Below are positions 53,045 through 64,000 of a stretch of DNA of 64,000 nucleotides, piece by piece. The DNA comes from Vicugna vicugna (Eukaryota). Positions within the stretch are counted from its first letter, which is position 1; every line of letters begins with the position of its first letter. Under the pieces are notes generated by a model. That model did not search any database. It saw only the letters and a program-made list of their open reading frames with translations, and was not told where the DNA came from. The translations under genes were made by a program, and so were the position numbers. The stretch is taken from positions 2,419,690 to 2,483,689 of the forward strand of contig MU058384.1 in assembly GCA_013265495.1 (NCBI GenBank), read 5' to 3'.

Positions 53045-54650
53045 TATAATTCATTTTTTAAACAAGTAGTTATTAAGCATCTCCTGTGTGCCAGGGACTA
53101 TTCTAGGTGCTGACAATGTAACAATGAAGCAAGTAAAAGAAATCCTTGGCCTTGATGGTGCTTTGATTTGATGGTGAGACACTGAAAATAAATAAGCAAT
53201 GATGCTGCATGAGTGACATGTGCTCGGGAGTAAAATAAAGCAGAACAAGAGGCCGCAATTTTAAATTAAAGGGAGTAGGCTTCCTGAGCAAAGAGGTGAC
53301 TGAGATTAAAAGAGTGAGCCAGGCGGAAGTCTTGGAGAGGAACACCCCAGGAAGAATAAATGTTTAATGTATATAGCATGCATCTGATACTGCAAAATGC
53401 AAAGATTAATACGATATCCCTACTTCCCTCAAGGAACTTACAGCTCTCTGGTAGAGAGAACTCACCAGAATAAAAAGTTTTATATATATTTTATGCTACA
53501 ATAAGTGTTTGTCATATAGTAACATTTGAAAAAGAAATTCTGACTTGGGCAGTGAGGGAATGGGGGAGGGGCTGCCAGAGGACGTGGTGTATAAGAATAG
53601 TAGTTGTAGGACTATTGCAACAGGCAGGATGTACTAAGGACCTAGAGATCCAAAGAGTGGATGTGTGCATGGTGAGGAATGGGGGGGAGACAGGAGATAA
53701 AGTTAAGAGATGGTGGTATGCTCAGAGTCAGGAGACAGATTTTGTCTCAGCTCTGCCGTGTGCTGTGTTTCTTTGGATGCATCACTTGGGCCTTCAAGGC
53801 ATTACTTTCTTTATCTGGAAAGTGGGGACTGGAATAAGGTTGTTCTCGGAGATCTTTTTGGACAGACTGTTCATTCATTCATTTACTCAGTAAATGTTTA
53901 CCCAGCATGTCCACTATGTCAAGCACTGTTGTAGGTTCTGAGGACCCATCGAGTGAAAAAGACAAAGTCCATGCCATCAGAGGGGAAACGCTAAACAAAC
54001 AAGTAAAATACAATATCAAGTGGTGATGAGTGTTATGAAGAAAAATAAAGCAACGATGAAGAGACTTTTAGAGTGACGAGGCTGCTGTTTTAGATTGATT
54101 GTGCAAGAAGGGCTGTCAGGTGGTCATCAGAGCCACCTCAGAATGGAGTGTAGGGATGCTGCAGGTGAACATCTCTGGAAAGAGCTTCCTAAGGAAAGAA
54201 AAGTGCAGAGGCCTGGGGAGAGTAATACGTTATCCTGTAGGGGGACTAGCCAGAGACCAGAGTGCGGGCAGTGAGCAAGGGGAGAGAGGTAATAATGACT
54301 ATGGGAGATAACCAAGGACCAGATCACATGGGACCTAGTTGGCCATAGTAAGGACTTTGGATTTGTTATTCCTGGGTGAGATGGGGAGGCAGGGGAGGAA
54401 ATGAGGAAGAAAGTAGCATGATCTGATTCAATGCCATTGGTGTGGGCACTGTATGGAGATAAAACCATAGAGAGTTGAAGTTGGAGGCAGAAAGGCAAGT
54501 CAATAGGCTAGTGCAATAATGCCGGCAGGAGATAGGTGATGGGGACAGGGAACAGGAGGGCAGTGGTGGAGATTCTAGGTTTATTTTGAAAGGGGATCTG
54601 ACAGAATTTGCTGAAGTTTGAGAAAAAGGAGAGTCAAGGAGGACTCCCTT
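53045..54650 (-). mobile_element. LINE-2 fragments (antisense) with an intervening MIR (about 53715-53860)
   Basis: tattaagcatctcctgtgtgccaggg..; ttcattcattcatttactcag..; gccatagtaaggactttggattt; acagaatttgctga..gagtcaagga. Confidence 0.75.
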
Positions 54651-54699
54651 TATTATCTTTCCAGCTTACTCCCTCTAGAATCCCATTACAAAAATTACT

Positions 54700-56190
54700 T
54701 GACCCCGTGAGGAATTCTAAGCTGTTGGCCCTACCCTTTTCATGAGATGTCATCCTTTCCCAGTTTACGTTACCAGGGCCACCATCATATTCACTTCTTT
54801 GCACACATTCACCTCTGCTGACCCCTCACTCCTGCCAGTTTTCCACAGAAATCCCAGCCCCTAGTTTGATCCAGCTCTCCCCCTGGTCTGCACTAAAGCC
54901 TCATTAGCTAAACAAGGCTGGAGAAGAACACCAGGTTATATTAGCCAGTCTCACTATAAATGTAGGACCTCCAACTTCCAGGGCTGCCCAGCAATCCTGC
55001 CACATTAACTCGTAACTTCACTCTTCCCCTCTCCCAGCTTCACACCTTCTCAAATCTCCAAACACCATTTTCTCTACTTCACTCTCAGTTACTGTCCTTG
55101 AAAATAACAATGGCAATCAAAAGACTTGTCCTTTCATACCCAAGCCCATCAGATTGCTTGCGTCTCTTCTGACATCTGCTCACCCTTTCCTGCCATCACT
55201 GTGGGTGGACAGTCCTGGCTTCTTTTGTGCCCTGCTGCCTCCCAGGTGCCTAGATCGGGGCCTGGCACTCAGTATTTTCCCAGCAGAATGAATAATGCCA
55301 GCCTCTCAAGGATTCTTAACTGCCACTTCCCCCTCCGTCTTTTGCCGACTCCATTTTCTCTCTTTATTGCATCATAACCATCATTAGCCAAACATGCTGT
55401 ATTTTCTTTCATCTTGAAGAAACCCTCCTTTGACCTTTTATCCTCTTCCAAATTCGGCTACATTTTCTAGTTTTTATTTATAATATAACTTCCCAAAGAA
55501 CTATGCAGATTGCTTTTCCTTACAATGTCCTTTGAACCCCCTCCAAACAAACTTGTACCCCCAGCGTGCTACTGAAACTGCTTGTGTTAAGTCCATCCAT
55601 CCCCTCTCCCTTGCCAGATCTAACAGTTAATCTCAGGCCTCATCTTACTTACTCAGGCTCTCAGCAGCACTTAACATAGTTTATTATTCTTTTCTTCTTA
55701 GCATACTTTCTTTCTGTAACTTTCGTGACACCACACAGTCCTGATTTTCCTTCTTCCTCATTAGCCATTGCTTCTCAGGCATTTTTTGGACGTTCTTCTT
55801 CCAAACATCTAAATGTTGGTGTAACTGCAGGGCTCAGACCTGATACTTCTGCTGCTCAGCAAGAGATTCCCTCTTTGGACGATTTCATTGAATTCCATGG
55901 TTTTAAATTCCATGTATTGAAATTTTCTGAATGTATACCTCTATTTCAGACCCAGGCATTTATCTGCTTACTAACCATCTCTACTTACTGTCTTAAAGCT
56001 ATCTCAAACTTATCCAAATCCAAATTTGTGATTCTCGCATCCCTCTTCCCCCCAAAATACCTGGTTCTTTTATGCTTTTCCCCACCTTGGTAAATCACAA
56101 CTCCATTCTACCAGTTGCTTAAGTCAAAACCATTGGTCGCATTCCTGATTCTTTTTCGTTTTCTCACATCTTCAGCAAATTCTGTAGGGT
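54700..56190 (+). mobile_element. Long LINE-2 fragment (sense)
   Basis: ctactgaaactgcttg..ctcagcagcacttaacatagtt..ctaaatgttggt..ccatggttttaaattccat..ccagttgcttaagtcaaaacc. Confidence 0.8.
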
Positions 56191-56669
56191 TACCAATTAT
56201 TGAACCAGCTTTAAAACCTCAATGCAGGCGTTATGTAATGGTTAAGTCCCATGTATATCCCTGAGATGGTGGCTGTGGCATGTTGGAGGTGAGGACCAGA
56301 GCAGGTGTTAGATGAAACAGCTCAGGGGGTATTGAGTTCACCAAGAGTGGTAACTGGAGTAGTGGGGGACGAAGGCTGAGGTAAAATTACAGAGGGGCAG
56401 TACCAACTGAGAGGTAGCTTTTGTTGTGTAGCTAATTAATAGGAAATCACTAGCATTTTTTAAGCAGAAGATTTAACAATTAGGAATAAAAATTATATAT
56501 CATCTTCTGTTTAGATGGAGGATATATAGCTAATGTTGAAACTACCTTTCTAATTTATTTAAAGTATCAAGTCTGACTCTAGGACTTCTAGAGAGGGAAC
56601 ATTTAACAGAATGATTTCCATGTAAAAAAAGCAAAGAGAAGTTTTATCAAATACTGCATCAAATGGTCC

Positions 56670-56845
56670 CTAAAAATGGTAATTATGTGAGGTGATGAAG
56701 GTATTGATTCACCTTATTGTAGTAATTGTTTCACAATACATACATCTATCAAATTATCACATTGTATACCTTAAACGTACACCATGTTATATGTCAATTA
56801 TATCTCAGAGCTGGAGAAAAATGAATGAGTAAAAGAAAAAAAAAA
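56670..56845 (+). mobile_element. L1MA/MB-like 3' terminus
   Basis: ggtaattatgtgaggtgatg..cacattgtataccttaaac..tatatgtcaattatatctca..gctgga plus A tail. Confidence 0.85.
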
Positions 56846-56849
56846 AGTT

Positions 56850-57607
56850 GAACCAAATTGAAAAAGAACTCCAAGCCCAGATGGTTTCACAAAGAGGGTT
56901 CTACTAAAGATTTTAAAGAGTAGGTTATCCAATGCTTGAAACTATCCTGGAGCAAAGAAAAAGAAGGAAAAGTTAGGATTTTTAAATTAGTTTAACACTG
57001 ATGCCAAAACCTGACTGCACAAAGCAGAAGATGAACTGGCCAATCTCACTCATGAATATAGGCATTAGAAATTATAAATAACATGTTAGGAAATATAATC
57101 TGGTATCTCATTACAAGGTGAATATTTCAAAATCAAGCTGAATTTATTTCAGTAGTAAAGTAAGGATATTCAGTATTAGGTAATTCAGTCATACATTAAT
57201 CATACTAATCGGTTTGAGGAGAAAAATCGTATCAAAACCATAGATACTGACAAGGTATTTGATACAACTTAACAGCCATTCTTGATCAGAACACTCAATA
57301 ATATGGGAACAAGTGGATACTCATAACTTAATGAAATGTATCTGCCTTGTCATTAAGTCCAACATGATTTTTAATGGACTCTTCTCTTTACAATGAGGCA
57401 TAAGATGGACATTCACAGTCACTGTTACTACATTTTATGAGAAGAACTAGCCAGCACAATTAGAAAAGCTGTAGAATAAAAAAATTCAAAATAGGAAAGA
57501 CTGAGATTATGTTATCATTCGTCTGTGCTAAGTTTGTATTCTTGGTGAATCCAGTAAAATCAAAGTTTAAAACAGCTATCAATAACAGAATTTAATGACA
57601 TAGAATA

Positions 57608-57643
<36 letters not shown>

Positions 57644-58207
57644 GGCATAAAATTAATGTTCAGAAATCAATAACTTTCATATCTACAAAGGCAAGTTAGA
57701 AGATATAATAGAAAAAATCTATTTTTCTTTTCTTCTTTTATTGAAGTATAGTTGATTTACATTGTGTTAGTTTCTGGTGTACAGCAAAGTGATTCAGTTT
57801 GGGATATACACACACACACATGCACACACACACACATATACTTTTTCATATTCTTTTCCATTACGGTTTATTATAAGATATTGAATATAGTTCTCTGTGC
57901 TATACAGTAGGATGTTGTTTATTTTATATACAGTGGTTTGTATCTGCTAGTCCCAAACTCCTAATTTATCCCTCTTCCACCCCCTTTCCCCTTTGGTAAT
58001 CATAAGTTTGTTTTCAACGTCTATGAGTCTGTTTCTGTTTTGTAAATAAGCTCATTTTTATCACATTTTAGATTCCATGTGTGATATTGTATGATATTTG
58101 TCTTCCTCTTTCTGACTTACTTCACTTAGTATGATAATCTCTAGGTCCAACCATGTTACTGCAAATGGCATTATTTTATTCTTTTTATGGCTGACTAGTA
58201 TTCCATG

Positions 58208-58247
<40 letters not shown>

Positions 58248-59040
58248 CTGTATATACACACATCACAATTTATTTATCCATTCAGATGTCAATGCCATTT
58301 AGGTTGCTTCCATGTCTTGGCTATTGTAAATAGTGCTGCTGTGAACAATGGAGTGCATGTACCTTTTCAAATTAGAGTTTTCCCCAGATATGTGCCCAGG
58401 AGTGGGATTGCTAGATCATGTGGTAACTCTATTTTTAGTTTTTAAAGAATCTTCATACTGTTTTCCATAGTGGCTGTACCAATTTACATAGAAAAAAGAA
58501 TCTTTTTAAAATAGCTATAGCAGACAAAGTAACTAGGGGTACATTTAATAAGAAAAATACAAGATCTATATGAAAAAACTTTAAAATACTGTTGAAGAAT
58601 AGAACTAAGATTTGAATAAATGAAAAGACATACCATACTCTTAGATTAGAGACCTCAGTATCAAAAATCTGTAAGTTCTGCCCAAGTTAATTTTAAAAAA
58701 TAACATAACACAAAAAAATGTTAAGTAGTAGTATTCTGTTTTAGTTTGGTGTTGTTTAGGGGGATGGGAAGAGGAGGGAGAGGACTGGAGAGGCTGAGTC
58801 TAAGGTTCCTGCCTGGGAAAGCTGTAAAATACAAGAGGAATGAGGAAGGAGAACCAGTGACCAGGTATTAAAACATGAAGAGTCAGAAATCACTCCAGTG
58901 TGGCACCTGACTGTACAGACCAGTAGGACAGGATGTTAAAAACAGAATACAAAGTCCAGGAATAGATTTAACTCTTCAGGGATTTAGCGCATGACCAAAA
59001 TAGCATTTCAGATCAGATGGGAATTCATTAACTGTACATG
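56850..59040 (+). mobile_element. Degraded old L1 ORF2 (reverse transcriptase region), interrupted by a younger L1
   Basis: agcccagatggtttcac (PGPDGFT-like), ctgatgccaaaacctg (LIPKP-like), tagatactgacaaggtatttgat (DAEKAFD-like), aataaatgaaaagacataccat; no intact ORF. Confidence 0.8.
57725..58487 (-). mobile_element. Cetartiodactyl-type L1 3' region nested in older L1
   Basis: Same family as 35777-36488; flanked by atagaaaaaatct (57708) and atagaaaaaagaatct (58488), a degenerate TSD. Confidence 0.92.
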
Positions 59041-60239
59041 GGGCTCCAGGCTGACAGTTTATGGTCTCCATGTTAAGATCAAGACCCCTACCTGCATTCA
59101 CTTAAATGTCACTCTAACAGTTGGGGTCATTTTAAATACGGAGTATATAGAGGTCAAATAAGAGGGGAAATTCTGCTAGGAAGACTCTTTACTTTGTATT
59201 TCCAGTGGAGGTAGGGCTATGGTGAGGAGCGCAGTGAACTGTGTAGAAGGGACAGGTAAGTTAACAAATGTTTAGGAACAAATGCTTGGACATCAAAAGA
59301 GCTATTTAGGAAGAAAACACCTAGTTGCATTCAGCAAATATTAAGCATCTATTTTGCGCTTAGGATAAAAACTTTCCTAAAATGAGAGTTGCTAATAAGG
59401 CAAAGGCTAAGGACATATAAATTAGAACAGAGAACCTAGGGGATGTCTTTTCTAGTTATTTATTCTGGCTAAGCATTCCAGAATAATTTTCCTGACGCAA
59501 AACATTTCCCAAGTAGGACTTGTGCTTATGGTATAATGAAAGGTGTTTTGCTAGTGATATCCATATATATCTTTCAAAGTAGTGATGTGGTGTAGCAAGA
59601 AAAAAAAATACTTGAAATATTTCCAACTATATATGTCATGTATATCATCTAAATATTAAACATGCTGCATGAAAATGCTGCTGCAAAGGGATCCAGAAAT
59701 CTCACAAAATATCTTTCTATTCAACTGCAAAAACAAAGAATAAGTCATCACTTTGGTACTGTTCCGGTCTTGACATTTCTTTGTTCTTTCAGCTTTCAGT
59801 GTGTACCAGGGACTACCAAAGAGGTTATTCAGGTATTTGAAGGAAGTTCAGTTATAGATGACAAAATACTTCCTGTGAGTTGAGAGGCCATCTCTTCAGC
59901 TGCCATTGTTCGAGGTTACGTTTGATGATCTGTTCACTGAATCGGGGAAACATTCATAGAGACCCCATTGTCTCAACAGAAAGGATATCAGTCATGAGTT
60001 ACTCAATCTTTTGCATAAAATTCACCCCCGAACAGGTAAATTAGACGAGATTATGGCAATAAACAGTTGGCTTTAACTATATTGATAGAAACTGAAATTT
60101 TCTTTTCTAGTTTCTGTTTTCCTTTGAACTGGCGTATTGGGTTCTGTTTTAGTCTTCCCTGATAAGAGATACTTAAATCGAAGGAGGACTTTTAACATGA
60201 CAGAAGGACAGTAGCCTTCCTCTAGAATTACAGGTGTAG

Positions 60240-60590
60240 GAGGCTTGTAGAACGTGATGTTTGAGAGCACCGGTCTGGGGCAGCCTTTCCACCTGTCAAG
60301 CTGGTGGCCTTGGGTAAATTGCTTCCCTTTGTGAGCTTCAGTTTCCTCAACTATAAAGAATTATAAACCACATGCTCTGGTCTGGCTCAAGACAGTCCTG
60401 GTTTACAGCTGCTATCCTGTGTAATTATTGAAAGCACCCCTTTCACTGTCAGAGGTGCTCCTGTTTTGATAATAAATTGCATGATTACCTTACCCACCTT
60501 GAGGATGGTTGTGAGGCTGAAGTGAAGTGATATTTGTAACATTCTTAGTGTGCTGCCTGGAGTATAGCGGAGGCTCAAATGATGATGACT
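60240..60590 (+). mobile_element. MIR interrupted by hAT-Blackjack MER94-like element (about 60365-60492)
   Basis: MIR halves (ggccttgggtaaatt..cagtttcctca / ggatggttgtgagg..tgtaacattcttag) flank gacagtcctggtttac..taattattgaaagcacccctttcact..gattacct. Confidence 0.75.
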
Positions 60591-61785
60591 AGTGTTTTTA
60601 AACTGCTTGGTTTTTCAAACCAGGCTTCAAAGAAATTAACTCAATGCAGTGTCTGGTTTTATGAAAATTTAGCCACTCTTCCAGTCATTCTAGGTCTTTT
60701 ATTCCACCCACATAGAATTTCCTGCCTAAGGCAATGAATTTGAGAGGTTTCAGCGATTACTAAAATTTTTCTAATTGTTATATCTTCATAGATTATCTAC
60801 GTGTAGAACTACCAGTGGTCATACTGATATAATTTTATAATAATAGTAGAACACTTTAGGACTTTCTCACAAATTATGTCTCATTCTCACAAGGATTCCC
60901 ATGAAATACATATTTTAATAATTATTACTATCATTCTAACGATCTGGAAACTGAGACTCGGATACATGAAATTACTTTCCCAAGATCACAGAGCCAGAAT
61001 GCACCAGGGAGGACATGAACACAGAACTTCTCACCTTCTATTCATTTATTTTCATTGCACCATATTGGTGAAATAAAAGGGCAAGATTGCTAAATTACCC
61101 AAATTCCTTCACAGGATGCCTGCTGTTGCCATTTTCATTCTGACTTTGACTTACCTGGTATTCATTCATTCATGCTATTTTAAAAAAAAACCACATAAGT
61201 CCTGCTTGGTCTCAGTATCAGACAGAGCCCCTGGCCTAGGGTAGCTTTCAGTCTAGAAAACATTTATGATGACTCATAAATGACCCAGTCATTTCTTACT
61301 GGGTCTCTCCAGGTGAGTAATTTCAGGACACAGTGGAAACACACAGAAGTTAGTAGTGGCTCCCTGTGGTCGCTGCTGTGTGATTTGTGGTGCCTGTTAC
61401 TCTGTACTCTTGCAGGCAAGGTGAGAAGATTGGGGTCTTGTCATTTCCAGGCCTTTGTGCATTCGGTGAGGGTGGCTCTAGTAACTTGTTCCAGTTTCTC
61501 TTGTACACATCCCGTGACACTGAATGAGCCTGTCTTCCCGCCTGCCTTCCCTTCCAGGTGGAGGGACAGCATCCCACTATGTTGATCTCTGTAGTCCCAG
61601 CATGGTGCCAACCACCCGGCACCTGGAAAAGCTCAGGGGCCAGAGGCTGGGCTCAGTGCTGTGAGTCGCTTGGATTGTGCCCAGGTCACAGGTGTATCTT
61701 GGAGAGATTATATCACTTGCTTAAGATCACATGGCTTTTAAATCCTGAAACTGAGCTCGCTCTCTCTTTTTCAAAAGAGCATCAT

Positions 61786-61966
61786 AGATAAACAAGATTA
61801 CACTGTATAGCACAGGGAAATATACACAAAATGTTATGATAAATCACAGAGAAAAAAATGTGACAATGAGTGTGTATATGTCCATGAATGACTGAAAAAT
61901 TGTGCTGAACACTGGAATTTGACACAACATTGTAAAATGATTATAAATCAATAAAAAATGTTAAAA
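61786..61966 (+). mobile_element. Young 5'-truncated L1 3' end with 13-bp TSD
   Basis: agataaacaagattacactgtatagcacagggaaatatac..gacacaacattgtaaaatgattataaatcaataaaaaatgttaaaa; aaaagagcatcat at 61773-61785 and 61967-61979. Confidence 0.92.
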
Positions 61967-62269
61967 AAAAGAGCATCATGGGGTATAATTTACATTAAGT
62001 AAACTACACATATTTAAAGTTTTGACATACAAGTAGGCATATAAGTAGATAGAAATGGGACCATCACCACAATCAAGAAAAATGGTGAACACACCCATCA
62101 CCACAAAAAGTGAGCTAGGATTTAAATCCAGATCTGCGATTTCAGCGCCCCAGTTTTCTCTCCAACAGTGAGTGTATGGGGAATTGAGCCTTAGCTACAG
62201 CGCCTTCCTCCTACCCAGTCTCTTAGGGGAGTTTTGAATTGCTGAGATAGAAAGAACATCTTTTTCAAC

Positions 62270-62680
62270 CCATCATCCATCAATAAAAAAGTGGATAAAT
62301 AAATGTTGGAATGGAATGTATGCTTCAGTGAAATGGGTTAATTATAGGCTCACACAACAACATGGATGTGTCTTAGAAACATAATGGTAAGTAAATAACA
62401 CTAGAAAGAGAATAGTAGCATTTTTATAAAGACAAAGCAAGTTAAATTTGTAATTTAGACATATTTATACACACACATAACAAAAAGTAAGGGAATGATT
62501 AACATGAAATTCAGGAGAGTGGTTACCTCAGGGGAAGCAGGGAAGAGTATGGAGGGAGATGCAATTATTGGTAATCTTTTAAGTCGTGGGTTGAGTAGTG
62601 GGTTCTTAAATATTCATTATGTTATGTTATGTACTTTGTATATATGATTTATTGTGATAAAAAGATCATTAAAAATAAGA
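62270..62680 (+). mobile_element. Old L1 (L1ME-like) 3' region
   Basis: tccatcaata..gtggataaataaatgt..caacatggatgtgtcttagaaacataatg..aattcaggagagtggttacctc. Confidence 0.75.
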
Positions 62681-64000
62681 AATTACATAATCACTTTGAA
62701 GATTTATGTTCACTTCATATGTGATCATTTACGTCCAAAATATTTTAAAATTCAATGTGTGGTAAGAAAGTTTAGAGCCCTTGATGAAGAGGCTAGGTTG
62801 TTGGTAATACACTGAATAGGAGAGAAGGAACAGGTGAAATTATTGAACAATGTGGATGTAAAAACCACCCCCCCTGGTTCTTGTGGTGGTGGTGGTTGGG
62901 TCCAGAGAGAAAAAAAGAATTAAGGAGAGAACAGAATTAAGTCAGGATCTCTCTTGTCTAAGTATATTAAAGGTAGAAGGAGTGCATAGTCAGAAAAGAC
63001 TGCGAAAGTTTTGGCACCTTATGAAACTTATCTAGAATCTTTAAAAAACAAGAGTCAACCCATGAGAGACTTAATTCTGGAGAGAAAAACACCACAGACT
63101 AAGTAAGTGTCCTGTAAAAAGCACTGGAATGTAGGGGGATTTCCTTGTGAATGGTGCTCTATATAGTTTCACCTGTTCTGTATCTGTTTTTATGAAATAA
63201 TTGGTAAATGAATGCCAAGTTTAGCTCTGGCTGTAATTAGGTTTTCTAATTTTTGAAAGCATAGCAAATTTTTAAACACAGCCTGAGCAAATGTATTTCA
63301 CAGTTAAGCCCACTTTTTGGTAACTTGGCTGTCTGCCAAAGAGACCATGTTTCAGGCCCCGCAGTCCATCTGGTGGGAGCTTGTCTGATTTCCAGACAGG
63401 ACCTAGTAGTGTCTGAAATGCAGGTCTTCTAGCATCCAAAATCCACAAGACAACTGCTGGTGTGGCAGGTGATCTCTCTTTCTACATTAAATGATTGGAC
63501 ACAAGGAATCGTGGTCTCTTAAGTCGCATTTGTGACTGTCCATTCCTTCCAGGACAAGCATATGGGGTGTTAATGAACACTCTTGACCAGTTTACAGGTT
63601 TAAAAACTACAGTGAAGTTCTGAAAGCAAGGCAACTTTAAACTCAGTATTTGAAAAAAATAATTCACCCTATATTAAGAGATCCATTAACATAATACTAT
63701 TTAAGTTAGGGTTAGCTTGAGTTGCTCAAAATGTCCAGCTGGTAAATGACAGAACCAGGATGCTGACACTTCTTGTTTTTTACTCCAGAGTATACTGTTC
63801 CATCCACTACACCACATTGATGACTTTATTGTAGATTTTCTAAAGGTTTTGCTCTTACTTAGAGATATAAATGGAGATTTTGTTTTCAGTTTGGAAAACT
63901 TAGTAACTTATTGGAGATATTGCCAAGTTGTTATTTTATACCATTTAACGGCAGAGGCTTTGGGGTCAGCTGTGGGTTCTAATCCCAGTTGCCCACTTGT

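Noticed and set aside
56850..58700. Functional reverse transcriptase gene
   Set aside because: Only degraded L1 ORF2 motifs, with stops, frameshifts and a nested insertion.
1..64000. Remaining 60-130 aa ORFs and any tRNA, rRNA, snRNA or processed pseudogene
   Set aside because: ORFs are of chance length, often in repeats or microsatellites, with no recognisable domains. I recognised no structured RNA gene by eye; an Rfam/Infernal scan would be needed to exclude one.

Overview
Mammalian genomic DNA, mostly intronic, covering the 5' part of NHSL1 (NHS-like 1, Nance-Horan/WAVE-homology-domain actin regulator family) on the + strand. Three coding exons are well supported: a short alternative first exon (29912-29969, MVVFINTKIKSLIKLFKKK), the common exon 2 (32970-33122) and exon 3 (51854-51981). 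They splice in frame through canonical GT-AG sites. The rest is old mammalian repeats (L2, MIR, MaLR/ERVL LTRs, MER DNA transposons, old L1) plus several young 5'-truncated L1 3' ends with target-site duplications. The young L1 type and the lack of recognisable Alu, Bov-tA, PRE-1, Can-SINE or ERE SINEs suggest a camelid, but this is inference. The most interesting unexplained structure is a set of further tiny candidate first exons (16861-16924, 17132-17162, 48680-48722, possibly 61280-61312). Each has an ATG and a strong donor in the phase needed to join the NHSL1 frame, and each is preceded by uORFs or start-stop elements, often overlapping the main ATG. This suggests an N-terminal isoform switchboard under translational control. 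No prokaryotic-type system, CRISPR array, rRNA or tRNA gene was seen. Repeat subfamily names and boundaries are by eye and approximate.
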